From Methanotrichaceae archaeon (lineage in GTDB: Archaea; Halobacteriota; Methanosarcinia; Methanotrichales; Methanotrichaceae): a DNA stretch of 64,000 bases. Shown piece after piece: positions 1 to 9,497 of the stretch. The notes beneath the pieces are model-generated. The model searched no databases. It was not told the origin of the DNA and saw only the letters and a program-made list of their open reading frames with translations. Location: assembly GCA_963748825.1 (NCBI GenBank), contig CAVVKN010000022.1, forward strand, positions 1 to 64,000, in the 5' to 3' direction. The translations under genes were made by a program, and so were the position numbers. Positions within the stretch are counted from its first letter, which is position 1. Every line of letters starts with the position of its first letter.

Positions 1-643
1 GCCGTCCCGAGACTGAGGGGAAGGATACTTCCAGGATGGAACGACGGCCGCGCTCTACAATGACCAGGGAGCGATATCCCTGCCTCTGGCTGAAGACCTT
101 GGCCACCTCGATGTTCTCATCATAGCGCTGGTTGTATTCGACCAGGATTTTGTTTGGCGCCAGGTCCTCCAGCGTCATGATGACACGCTCTGAGCCGTTG
201 ACCACGAAATAGCCGCCCGGGTCCGATGGGTCCTCACCATAAGCGATCATCTCTTCTGCCGTGAGGCCGGAAAGGTTGCAGATCTTGGAGTTGAGCATGA
301 TGGGCAGTGTGCCTATGTCAGCCTCCACCAGATCCTTCTCGGTCTCGCCCTCCACTATGGTCATCTCCAGCTTGATGGGAGAGGCATAGGTCAAATTGCG
401 AAGCCTGGCATCATTGGGGTAGAGCCTTTCGATGGAGCCGTCCGCTTCGCGCACCATGGGCTTCGCCACCCGGATCTTGCCCAGCTTGACGTAGGTATTC
501 TCGATATTGGTCTCGATGATATTCACTTCATCAATGACCTTCTGCAGGCCCTTATCTATAAAATCATTGAATGAGTTTATATGATGGTGCACTAACTTGT
601 CCCTGGTAAAATAGGAGCTATAAAGAACATTTCTATCGAGCAA
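1..643 (-). CDS. rpoB2: DNA-directed RNA polymerase subunit B'' (N-terminal part, runs off the window)
   Basis: Manual translation from TTG at 643: MLDRNVLYSSYFTRDKLVHHHINSFNDFIDKGLQKVIDE...DPGGYFVVNGSERVI; directly downstream of rpoH. Confidence 0.93.
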   Translation of the reverse strand, partial: MLDRNVLYSSYFTRDKLVHHHINSFNDFIDKGLQKVIDEVNIIETNIENTYVKLGKIRVAKPMVREADGSIERLYPNDARLRNLTYASPIKLEMTIVEGETEKDLVEADIGTLPIMLNSKICNLSGLTAEEMIAYGEDPSDPGGYFVVNGSERVIMTLEDLAPNKILVEYNQRYDENIEVAKVFSQRQGYRSLVIVERGRRSILEVSFPSVSGR

Positions 644-653
644 AAGACCACCT

Positions 654-890
654 TTAATCGATTACCAGCCGGTAAAAGATCGAATGCTTAGCTGTTGCAC
701 TTTTTCGGATTACCTTGATGACATCGCCAACTTTCGCCTCAATCTCTTTGGCCGCAGGGTCATTTACGTGAATTTTAGGTAGCTGTGGAGCTACAATGTT
801 GAACCCCTTCAGCACCTCGGCACTCTCTTCCGGTGTTAGCAGCACATGTTCCGGAACCATTTCATGATCTTTTACGGCAAACTTGGTCAC
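654..890 (-). CDS. rpoH: RNA polymerase subunit H (Rpo5)
   Basis: HEMVPEHVLL...QLPKI..NDP...GDVIKVIRKS.TA....FYRLV; GTG start at 890 (the track's upstream extension overlaps the tRNA). Confidence 0.95.
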   Translation of the reverse strand: MTKFAVKDHEMVPEHVLLTPEESAEVLKGFNIVAPQLPKIHVNDPAAKEIEAKVGDVIKVIRKSATAKHSIFYRLVID

Positions 891-941
891 TCGAACCACC
901 TTGTTGGAGAAGGAGCAGCAAACAGGCCAGGAAACTCCAAA

Positions 942-1032
942 CGGGCTCGGGGGGATTTGAACCCTCGACCACCTGGTATCTTCACACAAAAATTTAAAAG
1001 CCAGACGCTCTGCCTAACTGAGCTACGAGCCC
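942..1032 (-). tRNA. tRNA-Lys(UUU) with ~17-nt intron at canonical 37/38
   Basis: Reverse complement GGGCTCG-TA-GCTC..GAGC-G-TCTGG-CTTTTA[AATTTTTGTGTGAAGAT]A-CCAGG..GAGGGTTCAAATCCCCC-CGAGCCC-G; 74 nt after intron removal. Confidence 0.9.
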
Positions 1033-1119
1033 CCGCTGCCTGACATGCTTCAAGCCTTTCATGCTGCACTGAGTGAGGAATAAAAGCATCCCACATAAAA
1101 GCTTTTTCCCTTGTGGGAC

Positions 1120-2247
1120 TTAGACAAGTCCCACTAGGCGAGCTATCTCCGAGCCAACCTCGGAGGTGGTCGAGCTTCCTCCTAAATCATAGGTCTTTAT
1201 TCTCCCTTCAAATAAGTTCCGCTCAATGGCAGAGACTATATCTGCGGCCGCCTTGGGCTGGCCCAGATGCTCCAGCAAGAGCGCCCCTGACCAGATGGTG
1301 GCGATGGGATTGACCTTGTTTAGTCCCTTGTATTTGGGGGCCGAGCCGTGAATGGGCTCGAACATGCTGGTGCCCTCCGGATTCAGATTCGCGCCGGGCG
1401 CAAGGCCCAGGCCCCCCTGAATCATGGCCCCCAGATCGGTTATAATATCGCCGAACATGTTGGGAGCGACGACGACATCAAACCACTCCGGGTTCTTGAC
1501 AAACCACATGGTGATGGCATCCACGAAGTTGAAGTCGTGTTTGACCTGCGGATAGCCTTTGGCAACATCCAGGAAGACCTCGCGCCAAAAGCCATAGATG
1601 TCGCTGAGCACATTGGCCTTGTCCACGGAAGCGACAAGGTGACGGGGGCGTGATGCCGCCAGATCAAAGGCATATTTTATGACCCGCTTAGAGCCCTCTT
1701 TGCTGACTTCCCCTATCTGATAGCCGATTTCCTCGCTATCGGTATCGATATCCAGGCCGAATTTTATATTGTAAAGCTTTCGCTTGATTTCAAAATCGGC
1801 GTGGCTCTTGCCCCGGCGTGCGCGACTGCCTATGCCGATGTAAAAGTCCTCCGTATTCTCGCGAACCACCACGAAATCGATGTCTTTGGGTGTCTTATCC
1901 TTAAGGGGCGTCCAGACGCCTTCCAGAAGCTTAACGGGCCGCAAATTCACATACTGATCAAAGTAGAAGCGCATGGCCAGCAATACGCCCTTCTCCAGGA
2001 CGCCCGGCTTCACGCGCGGGTCACCGATGGCACCCAGGTAGATGGCGGGAAAGCGGCCCAGATCTTTTAGGGTCTCTTCGCTCACCAGTTCCCCTGTCTT
2101 CAGGTAGTGCTCCGCCCCAAGAGAGTACTCCGTCCAATCCAGAGAGAAGTTGTATTTGTCTGCTGCTGCCTGCAAAACTTTTTGGCCCTCGGCTATGATC
2201 TCCGGGCCGATGCCGTCACCTGGGATAACTGGTACTTTATAGTTCAT
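1120..2247 (-). CDS. leuB: 3-isopropylmalate dehydrogenase (isocitrate/isopropylmalate dehydrogenase family)
   Basis: [32 protein letters not shown] and FEPIHGSAP motifs; overlaps leuD. Confidence 0.85.
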   Translation of the reverse strand: MNYKVPVIPGDGIGPEIIAEGQKVLQAAADKYNFSLDWTEYSLGAEHYLKTGELVSEETLKDLGRFPAIYLGAIGDPRVKPGVLEKGVLLAMRFYFDQYVNLRPVKLLEGVWTPLKDKTPKDIDFVVVRENTEDFYIGIGSRARRGKSHADFEIKRKLYNIKFGLDIDTDSEEIGYQIGEVSKEGSKRVIKYAFDLAASRPRHLVASVDKANVLSDIYGFWREVFLDVAKGYPQVKHDFNFVDAITMWFVKNPEWFDVVVAPNMFGDIITDLGAMIQGGLGLAPGANLNPEGTSMFEPIHGSAPKYKGLNKVNPIATIWSGALLLEHLGQPKAAADIVSAIERNLFEGRIKTYDLGGSSTTSEVGSEIARLVGLV

Positions 2248-2753
2248 GTCGTCACCTTGGCCACCTGTCGCCTGGTATATTCCACTAGTCCTCCCACATC
2301 AACAATCTCCTGGAGAAAATCGGGAAGAGGAGTAGTTTTGTAGTGTTCCGCGCGAGATATGTTGTGAATCACTCCGCCGATCATGTCTATCTCTATTTGG
2401 GCACCATCGGCAATCCTATCTTCCTCGGAGCAGATAAACAGAGGCAGGCCGATGTTGATGGAGTTTCGGAAGAATATTCTGGCAAAGGATTTGGCAACTA
2501 CGGCTTTCACTCCCGCCCCCTTCATAGCTATTGGAGCATGCTCTCGGGAAGATCCGCATCCGAAGTTCTCCCCTGCCACTACATAGTCGCCTTGAGCCAC
2601 CATTTCTGCCATCTCCGGGCGAACGCCCTCGAAGAGATGAGTTGCCAGCTCCCCCGGATCATTGATAACCAGATAACGCCCAGGAATGATGGCATCCGTA
2701 TCGATATCGTTTCCAAACTTCCAAGCTCTGCCCGCCAAAAAACTCAACTCCAT
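2244..2753 (-). CDS. leuD: 3-isopropylmalate dehydratase small subunit
   Basis: [20 protein letters not shown] and SFARIFFRN motifs. Confidence 0.9.
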   Translation of the reverse strand: MELSFLAGRAWKFGNDIDTDAIIPGRYLVINDPGELATHLFEGVRPEMAEMVAQGDYVVAGENFGCGSSREHAPIAMKGAGVKAVVAKSFARIFFRNSINIGLPLFICSEEDRIADGAQIEIDMIGGVIHNISRAEHYKTTPLPDFLQEIVDVGGLVEYTRRQVAKVTT

Positions 2754-2914
2754 ATCGGTGGACTATATTCTCATGAGAATGAGGTATATTAAAGTAATGC
2801 ACGAAAAATTCAAGGGAAGAGCCGGCGAAAATACTGCTTAAAAATAATAAAATCACAACAGCACCTTTTATTACCGGCTAAGGGAATGATACTTAAACAG
2901 CTAGGTGATGCGAA

Positions 2915-3289
2915 TTGTTGGCGACCATGATCTCCGGGCGCACTTTAGCCCAAGGGGCGGGATGCGAGAGCAAAATGTCTCTAGATTTCTTTAAAGCGGC
3001 AGCTATATGCCATTTATCTGAAAAGGATTTTAAATCGCTGGAACTTTCTGAAGGCAAGAATGTTCTGATCAAAAACGAGTTTGGCCAGGTCGTGCTCACG
3101 GCTAAGGCGGATGCAGGGCTGCCGGATAGTATGGTATTCATACCCATGGGTCCCTGGGCCAATGTAATAGTCGGAAAGGAGACAGGAGGATGCGGCACGC
3201 CCCATTTTAAGGGATTAGAGGTAGAAGTGGCTGCGACAAATTCGCCTGTTCTTAATATTCGCGAGCTTTTCTCCGGCATGGGGGCGTGA
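2915..3289 (+). CDS. fwdD: Formylmethanofuran dehydrogenase subunit D
   Basis: GRT..QG, VFIPMGPWAN and G.P.FKG molybdopterin-dinucleotide-binding motifs; first gene of DBAC. Confidence 0.9.
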   Translation: MLATMISGRTLAQGAGCESKMSLDFFKAAAICHLSEKDFKSLELSEGKNVLIKNEFGQVVLTAKADAGLPDSMVFIPMGPWANVIVGKETGGCGTPHFKGLEVEVAATNSPVLNIRELFSGMGA

Positions 3290-3293
3290 GTTT

Positions 3294-4613
3294 ATGTCTG
3301 AGGCTATTATGATAAAAGATGCCGTATGCTCTTTTTGCGGCTGCCTGTGCGACGACATTAATGTAGAGGTGGAAGACGGAAAAGTAAAGCGGGTCAGGCA
3401 TGCTTGCCGCCTGGGCTCCAGCAAAATCATGGGCCACGATCGAATGCAAAGCCCCATGATTCGAAAAGACGGCGTGCTGGTGGCATCGAGCTTTCAGGAA
3501 GCATATGATCGCGCCGCGCAGATCCTACTGCAAGCAAGCAAACCCCTCATGTACGGCTGGGCATCCACGTCATGCGAGGCTGCCAAGAAGGGCATACTCC
3601 TGGCGGAAGAGGTAGGAGCAGTTCTCGACTCCACAGCCACGGTCTGCCACGGGCCGTCCGTCATAGGCATCGAGGAGAAAGGGCTGCCCGGAGCAACCTT
3701 GGGCCAGGTAAAGAACCGGGCCGACACAATCGTATTCTGGGGCTGCAATCCTGCGGAGGCTCACCCCAGACATTCTCTGCGCTACTCATCCAATTCCTGC
3801 GGTAAATTCACGCCCCAGGGTCGCGAGGGCCGAAAGATCATCGTGGTAGATGTTCGCGAGACCAGGACCGCCAAGAATGCAGACAAATTCGTAAGGATCA
3901 TCCCCGGCTCTGATTATGAGGTGATATCGGCGCTACGCATGCTAGTCGCCGGAAAAGGCGACATCGTGCCTGACGAGGTGGGAGGCGTTCCCAAGGCCGA
4001 TCTGGCCGATCTGGCCGATATGCTGAAAGCAGCCAGGTTCGGGGCGGTCTTCTTTGGTCTAGGCATCACTCACAGCCGGGGCCGGTACAAGAACATAGAT
4101 AACGCCCTCTCCCTGGTGGCGGAGCTTAACAGCCATACCAAATTTGTGATTATGCCCATGCGCGGACACTATAATGTAGGCGGAATAGGACAGGTTCTGG
4201 CCTGGTCCTCCGGCTACCCCATGTCTGTAGACTTCACCAGGGGCGGGCCCTATTTCAATCCGGGCGAGACGGCTGCCTGCGATCTTCTGGCCAGAGGCGA
4301 CACCGATGCGGCGCTGATCATCGCCGCAGATGCAGTATCCAACTTCCCCCGGGCCACAGCCAAAGCATTAGCCAATATTCCTGTCATTCAGATCGATCCC
4401 TATGAGAATCCCACTACGCTTCTCTCCGATGTGGTGATTCCCTGCGCCATTGCCGGAGTGGAGGTAGAGGGCACGGCCTATCGCATGGACGGCCTGGCTT
4501 TGCGCCTCCGAAAGATGGTGGACAGTAGCTTTCCCAGCGATGAAGAGATCCTGGTGGGAATACTGGAGAGCGTACATAAGCAGCGCCAACTGACGGCAAA
4601 CGAGGGGGCTTAA
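3294..4613 (+). CDS. fwdB: Formylmethanofuran dehydrogenase subunit B
   Basis: CSFCGCLCDD, VCHGP, WGCNP.EAHPRH, MRGHYNV and GTAYRMD motifs. Confidence 0.95.
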   Translation: MSEAIMIKDAVCSFCGCLCDDINVEVEDGKVKRVRHACRLGSSKIMGHDRMQSPMIRKDGVLVASSFQEAYDRAAQILLQASKPLMYGWASTSCEAAKKGILLAEEVGAVLDSTATVCHGPSVIGIEEKGLPGATLGQVKNRADTIVFWGCNPAEAHPRHSLRYSSNSCGKFTPQGREGRKIIVVDVRETRTAKNADKFVRIIPGSDYEVISALRMLVAGKGDIVPDEVGGVPKADLADLADMLKAARFGAVFFGLGITHSRGRYKNIDNALSLVAELNSHTKFVIMPMRGHYNVGGIGQVLAWSSGYPMSVDFTRGGPYFNPGETAACDLLARGDTDAALIIAADAVSNFPRATAKALANIPVIQIDPYENPTTLLSDVVIPCAIAGVEVEGTAYRMDGLALRLRKMVDSSFPSDEEILVGILESVHKQRQLTANEGA

Positions 4614-4618
4614 AGAGG

Positions 4619-6325
4619 ATGATAATCAAAGGCGGAATTGTCTACGATCCGGCAAACGGCATCTATGGCGATGAGATGGACCTTTTTATTGATCAGGGCA
4701 GAATGGCCCTGCAGGCCAAAGGGGAAGTGATAGATGCGAGCGGCCTTTTGGTCATGCCGGGCGGGGTGGACGCACACTCCCACATTGCCGGCAAGAAGGT
4801 GAATACCGGCCGGATTATGAGGCCCGATGATGCCCGGCTGGGCACCGAGCCGCGCTCGGCTGTATGCAGACCCTCGACGGGCTATACCGTTCCCAACTGC
4901 TATGCTATGGGCTACCGCTATGCTCGCATGGGCTACACCACCGCCTTCGAGGCGGCAACGCCCATCCTGGAAGCGCGGCATACCCATGAAGAGCTGGAGG
5001 AGATCCCCATTCTCGACAAAGGGGCACTCACGCTGTTTGGCAGCAACTGGCAGGTCATGGAGTGCGTGCGCGACAAAGACCACTCCAAGCTGGCCGCCTA
5101 CGTGGCCTGGGGGCTGCGAGCCGCCAGGGGCTACGGCGTGAAGATCGTCAATCCCGGCGGAGGTGAGGCCTGGGGCTTTGGAGCCAATGTTAAAGGCATA
5201 AATGATCCGGTGCCAAGCTTCGATGTGACGCCGGCGGAGATCATCATGGGCCTGGCGAAGGCCAATGAGATGTTGCACCTGCCACACTCTATTCATCTGC
5301 ACTTCAATAACCTGGGAAAGCCCGGCAACTACACCACGGCCATCGAGACGCTGGATCTGTTAAAGGACATCAAGCCCAGCCGCATGAGACAGGTCGTGCA
5401 TGTGGCGCACATGCAGTTTTCCGCCTACGGAGGAACAAGCTGGCGGGACTTTGAGTCCAAGGCTCCCGTCATTGCCGACTACTTCAATTGCCACAACCAC
5501 GCCACCATGGATATGGGGCAGCTGCTCTTCGGCAGCGCCACCACCATGACCGCCGATGCCCCTCTGGAGTACGGTAATGCCCGTCTCACTCATAATAAGT
5601 GGTCCAATCACGATATCGAGCTGGAGGAGTCAAGCGGTGTCGTACCCATGAATTACTTCAGAAAGATGCTGGTCAATGCCGTGCAGTGGGCCATTGGCCT
5701 GGAGCTGGCCCTGCTGGTCAAAGATCCCTGGAAGGTGCTCATGACCACGGACCATCCTAACGGCAGCCCCTTCGTGAACTATCCGGAGGTCATCACACTG
5801 CTCATGAGCAAACCCAAGAGAGATGCGGAGATTGCCACGCTGCATGAGCAGGTACCCAAGCGCACCACACTTGCCGGCATCGAGAGGGAGCTGGACTGGA
5901 CGGATATCGCCATCATGACCCGCGCGGCGCCTGCGCGGGTCCTGGGATTGGATGACAAGGGACACCTGGGGCCGGGCGCTGACGCAGACATATCCATCTA
6001 CAACCTCAGGCCCGAGGAGCTGGACGCGAGTCTGGATCATGCGCTAGTCAAGAAAGCCCTGGCCACTGCCAAGTACACCATAAAGGGAGGAGTCGTCGTA
6101 TCCAAAGAGGGCCAGATCCTGGCTACGCCGCCAGGCAGGACCTTCTGGGTGGATGCGGCTGTGGCGCAGGCGGACACTGACCGGCTCATGATTGATTTGG
6201 AGGAGAAGTTCGCCAAGTACTACAGCATTCAGATCGCCAACTACGCGGTGCAGGATGCATATCTCCCCCATGCGAAAGTAATTCGGGCGGGCCTTCCCAT
6301 CGAGCCACTCCCGGAGGTGGCTTAG
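4619..6325 (+). CDS. fwdA: Formylmethanofuran dehydrogenase subunit A
   Basis: PGGVDAHSH, KIVNPGG, HSIHLH.NNLG.PGN and TTDHPN amidohydrolase motifs. Confidence 0.95.
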   Translation: MIIKGGIVYDPANGIYGDEMDLFIDQGRMALQAKGEVIDASGLLVMPGGVDAHSHIAGKKVNTGRIMRPDDARLGTEPRSAVCRPSTGYTVPNCYAMGYRYARMGYTTAFEAATPILEARHTHEELEEIPILDKGALTLFGSNWQVMECVRDKDHSKLAAYVAWGLRAARGYGVKIVNPGGGEAWGFGANVKGINDPVPSFDVTPAEIIMGLAKANEMLHLPHSIHLHFNNLGKPGNYTTAIETLDLLKDIKPSRMRQVVHVAHMQFSAYGGTSWRDFESKAPVIADYFNCHNHATMDMGQLLFGSATTMTADAPLEYGNARLTHNKWSNHDIELEESSGVVPMNYFRKMLVNAVQWAIGLELALLVKDPWKVLMTTDHPNGSPFVNYPEVITLLMSKPKRDAEIATLHEQVPKRTTLAGIERELDWTDIAIMTRAAPARVLGLDDKGHLGPGADADISIYNLRPEELDASLDHALVKKALATAKYTIKGGVVVSKEGQILATPPGRTFWVDAAVAQADTDRLMIDLEEKFAKYYSIQIANYAVQDAYLPHAKVIRAGLPIEPLPEVA

Positions 6326-7096
6326 ATGAGAACTATCACCATTACCCCCAAGAAGGCATTTCGCATTTCCGTAGAGGCGGAAAACATATCTCCCGACAAA
6401 TTTGCGCCCCTGAATATTGAACAGATAAAGAGCCTGACCGTCTGGCAGGGAAATCGCAAAATCATGCTCTCCGATCTCTTCACAGTAGAAGGCGATGATG
6501 CGCCGGCCAAGGCGGAGGAGATGACCATCAGGCTTGCGGGCGACTTCTTCCAGGTTAAGAGGATAGGAGAAGGCATGACTGCGGGGGTGGTCGAGGTGCA
6601 GGGTAGCGTTGGGATGCATGCCGGCAACAATATGAAGGGTGGCCTTTTGAGCATTGCCGGAAATGCCGACGACTGGCTGGCCAGAGAGATGCGCGGAGGC
6701 AAGGTTGTCGTCATGGGAAATGCCGGAAACTACGCAGGCGGCGGATACCGGGGCGAGAAGTGCGGCATGCGCGGCGGAGAGATAGAGGTAAAGGGCAGCG
6801 CCGGAGCATACCTGGGCGAGCATCTTTGCGGGGGCAGCATTCGCATCTGGGGGGACGCGGGCGACTTTCCCGGAGCTGTCAATCAGGGCGGCACAATCTT
6901 CATCGGCGGCAGCACCTATCTGCCTGGCGCAGAGATGAGCAAAGGAACTATAACTGTAAAAGGAGAGGCCAAGGTTCTGCCCAGCTTCCAAAAGATGGAA
7001 ATCGTGCAGATCGATGGCCTGGCCTTCCAAAAGTATGCAGGCGACCTGGTAGACAATGGCAAAGGCGAGCTCCTGGTGGGCGTGGGGTCATCTTGA
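6326..7096 (+). CDS. fwdC: Formylmethanofuran dehydrogenase subunit C
   Basis: GXGXG beta-helix repeats (M.GG.I.V.G.AG), YRGE..GMRGG. Confidence 0.95.
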   Translation: MRTITITPKKAFRISVEAENISPDKFAPLNIEQIKSLTVWQGNRKIMLSDLFTVEGDDAPAKAEEMTIRLAGDFFQVKRIGEGMTAGVVEVQGSVGMHAGNNMKGGLLSIAGNADDWLAREMRGGKVVVMGNAGNYAGGGYRGEKCGMRGGEIEVKGSAGAYLGEHLCGGSIRIWGDAGDFPGAVNQGGTIFIGGSTYLPGAEMSKGTITVKGEAKVLPSFQKMEIVQIDGLAFQKYAGDLVDNGKGELLVGVGSS

Positions 7097-7150
7097 TAAA
7101 TCGGGATGGAAATATGAGGGAACAACTTAATTATTTTGAGGTGCTCTGAC

Positions 7151-8296
7151 TTGATCGATCGCAGCAAGGTTTTAGAGGTCTTGAGGGGATACGACTTCGA
7201 TGATCTGCGAATCGGGATGATCGCATCCCATTCTGCCCTGGATACGGCAGACGGCGCAGTGGAGGAGAATTTCAGGACGCTGGCGGTGTGCCAGGAGGGG
7301 CGGGAGAAGCCTTATGTCAAGTACTTCCGCGCCAACAGGGACGAATCGGGCAAAATTATGAACGGCATGATCGACGAGGTCATGATGCTCAAAAAGTTCC
7401 CGCAGATTTTAGAGCAGGAGAATCAGGATATTCTCAAGGAGAAGAACACTCTTTTCGTGCCCAACCGGTCGTTTACCTCCTACTGCGGCATTGATGCCGT
7501 TGAGGATCAGTTCCTGGTGCCACTCTTGGGCTCTCGAAACTTGCTTCGTTCTGAGGAGCGCGGCGACAAGAGGGACTATTACTGGATACTGGAGAAGGCG
7601 GGGCTGCCTTTTCCCGAGCCCATTGAGGCGGAGGACATCAATCAACTGGTCATGGTCAAGCTGCCTCATGCCGTAAAAACCCTGGAGAGGGGATTTTTCA
7701 CAGCCGCTTCCTACGAGGAGTACTGCCAGAAGGCCGATACCCTTTTGCGCCAAAATGTGATCGATCAGGACGGAATTGAGCTGGCCAGAATTGAGCGCTA
7801 CATCATAGGGCCGGTCTTCAATCTGGACTTCTTTTACTCGCCCATCAGCAAGCAGATCGAGCTGATCGGCATAGACTGGCGCTTTGAGACCTCACTGGAC
7901 GGTCACTGCCGCCTGCCTGCGCCCCAGCAGCTCACCCTCAACGACAAGCAGATCAACCCCGAGTACACCGTCTGCGGCCACAACTCCGCCACCCTTCGCG
8001 AGTCGCTTTTGGAGAAGGCCTTCGCTCTGGCCGAGAAGTATGTGGAGGCGACGCAGGAGTACTATTCCCCTGGCATCATCGGGCCCTTCTGTCTGCAGAC
8101 CTGCGTGGACAAGGACCTCAACTTCTACATCTACGACGTCGCTCCGCGCATCGGCGGCGGCACCAATGTGCACATGGCCGTCGGGCATCCCTACGGAAAT
8201 GCTCTCTGGCGCACCAACATGTCCACGGGCCGCAGGCTGGCGCGCGAGGTGCGCATAGCCTTGGAGAACGACTGCCTGGAAAAGATAGTGACTTGA
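7151..8296 (+). CDS. purP: PurP-family ATP-grasp FAICAR synthetase (DUF1246/DUF1297)
   Basis: ASHSALD, PNRSF, ERGFF, GIIGPFCLQ, DVAPRIGGGTN and MSTGRR.A motifs; start uncertain (7136 or 7151). Confidence 0.88.
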   Translation: MIDRSKVLEVLRGYDFDDLRIGMIASHSALDTADGAVEENFRTLAVCQEGREKPYVKYFRANRDESGKIMNGMIDEVMMLKKFPQILEQENQDILKEKNTLFVPNRSFTSYCGIDAVEDQFLVPLLGSRNLLRSEERGDKRDYYWILEKAGLPFPEPIEAEDINQLVMVKLPHAVKTLERGFFTAASYEEYCQKADTLLRQNVIDQDGIELARIERYIIGPVFNLDFFYSPISKQIELIGIDWRFETSLDGHCRLPAPQQLTLNDKQINPEYTVCGHNSATLRESLLEKAFALAEKYVEATQEYYSPGIIGPFCLQTCVDKDLNFYIYDVAPRIGGGTNVHMAVGHPYGNALWRTNMSTGRRLAREVRIALENDCLEKIVT

Positions 8297-8305
8297 TGCA
8301 GGTAT

Positions 8306-8728
8306 ATGACTGAAACAAAAGAGGCGGGCGGCATAGGAATCGAAGTAGAAGTGCCCAAAAAGCTGAACCGCACGGCCAAGAAGCTGGCAGCGGCTGGCGA
8401 GAAGCTGGTGCAGATCGCTCCGGCTATCTTGGAAAGCAAGGCATCCCAGCAGATGCTGGCCATCGCCAGGATGGGCATGCTGGACAAGGTGCTGGGTTAT
8501 CTGGTGACCACAGACAAGAATGTGCACTTTGTGCGACCGGGAATAGCCTGGGACAGCGTGCAGACCGTGCCCCTGGATGTAATCGATGATGTGTTGTACG
8601 AGAACGAGTTTCACAACAACACTCTGAAGATCAAAGTGGGGGAGCGGGCGGAGAAGATCATCTTCTACGACGACATGGACGGCATCAAGTTCTATCATTA
8701 TATCAAAAACAAGCAGTGGCAGAAATGA
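8306..8728 (+). CDS. Hypothetical protein, possible PH-like domain
   Basis: Clean 140-aa ORF coupled to purP; G.LV.TDK.V.F pattern. Confidence 0.65.
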   Translation: MTETKEAGGIGIEVEVPKKLNRTAKKLAAAGEKLVQIAPAILESKASQQMLAIARMGMLDKVLGYLVTTDKNVHFVRPGIAWDSVQTVPLDVIDDVLYENEFHNNTLKIKVGERAEKIIFYDDMDGIKFYHYIKNKQWQK

Positions 8729-8845
8729 TGAGGTGAGTTGGACGAAGCCGGTGCAAATGCCACCTTTGTCCTGGGCTCATTTTCATTGCTCACTCCCAAC
8801 AGCGAGCAGCCAATCTTATCATAGAGTTTGTTCTATTCCATGAAC

Positions 8846-9346
8846 ATGCCCTTTTCTTCAAAATGCCGGGATGATGACCGATCAAGAGAGGTCACCGTCG
8901 CCGCCCACTGCCTGCTCAATCCCTTAACGCGAGTGAGGGGGCTTGCCCCGCTGCCTTTTCGGCCCGACGGCCCCACGGTTCAGCTGCCCTGCCCGGAGGC
9001 GCTCTACCTGGGCCTGGAGCGCTGGGCCGTTACCCGAAATCAGCTCGACGTGCCCCAGTTTCGCCGCTTCTGCCGCTCCCTGATCGAAGACTACGCGGAC
9101 CTCTTGCAGATGCTGGCCCACGAGGGCGCACGCCTCTGCATTGTGGGGGTAGCGGGCAGTCCCAGCTGCGGTGTTGCTACTACGAGCAGCGGCTACACAG
9201 GCGGGCGGGTGCGGGAGTGCGAGCACGCGCACGTGAGCGGGCGGGGCGTGTTCATGGAGGAGCTGCTGGCGGAGCTGGAGCGGCGAAATGTCTCATTCCG
9301 GGTGGAAGAGGTCGGCAAGAAAGAAGGCACTGGCGGCGATTCCTGA
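8846..9346 (+). CDS. DUF523 / 2-thiouracil desulfurase (TudS)-related protein
   Basis: AHCLLN, QLPCPE, GSPSCGV and GRGVFMEEL motifs. Confidence 0.8.
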   Translation: MPFSSKCRDDDRSREVTVAAHCLLNPLTRVRGLAPLPFRPDGPTVQLPCPEALYLGLERWAVTRNQLDVPQFRRFCRSLIEDYADLLQMLAHEGARLCIVGVAGSPSCGVATTSSGYTGGRVRECEHAHVSGRGVFMEELLAELERRNVSFRVEEVGKKEGTGGDS

Positions 9347-9403
9347 GCGGGGACCGGGCGGGCCTACGAATACTACAAATGCAAGAGAAAGCCTGCCTCT
9401 TTT

Positions 9404-9486
9404 GCGAGGGTTGCCAGCCAGGTTAAAGGCGCTGGATTCAGGGTCCAGTCACGAAGGTGTTCGTGGATTCGAATCCCATTCCCGCA
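9404..9486 (+). tRNA. tRNA-Leu(CAG)-like, degenerate (probable pseudo-tRNA)
   Basis: GCGAGGGTTGCCAGCCAGGTTAAAGGC-G-CTGGA-TTCAGGG-TCCAG, long variable arm, GTGGATTCGAATCCCATTCCCGCA; anticodon stem perfect, T-stem and acceptor stem mismatched or short. Confidence 0.75.
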
Positions 9487-9497
9487 CTTGAATTTGT

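Noticed and set aside
3294-4613. Selenocysteine-type FwdB
   Set aside because: The metal-ligand position is an ordinary Cys (VCHGP) and the ORF has no internal TGA.
4610-8698. Long antisense ORFs over fwdA/fwdC/purP (and similarly 18567-19409, 53878-54741, 32765-33146)
   Set aside because: Shadow frames of GC3-rich or repetitive real genes, with no recognisable motifs.
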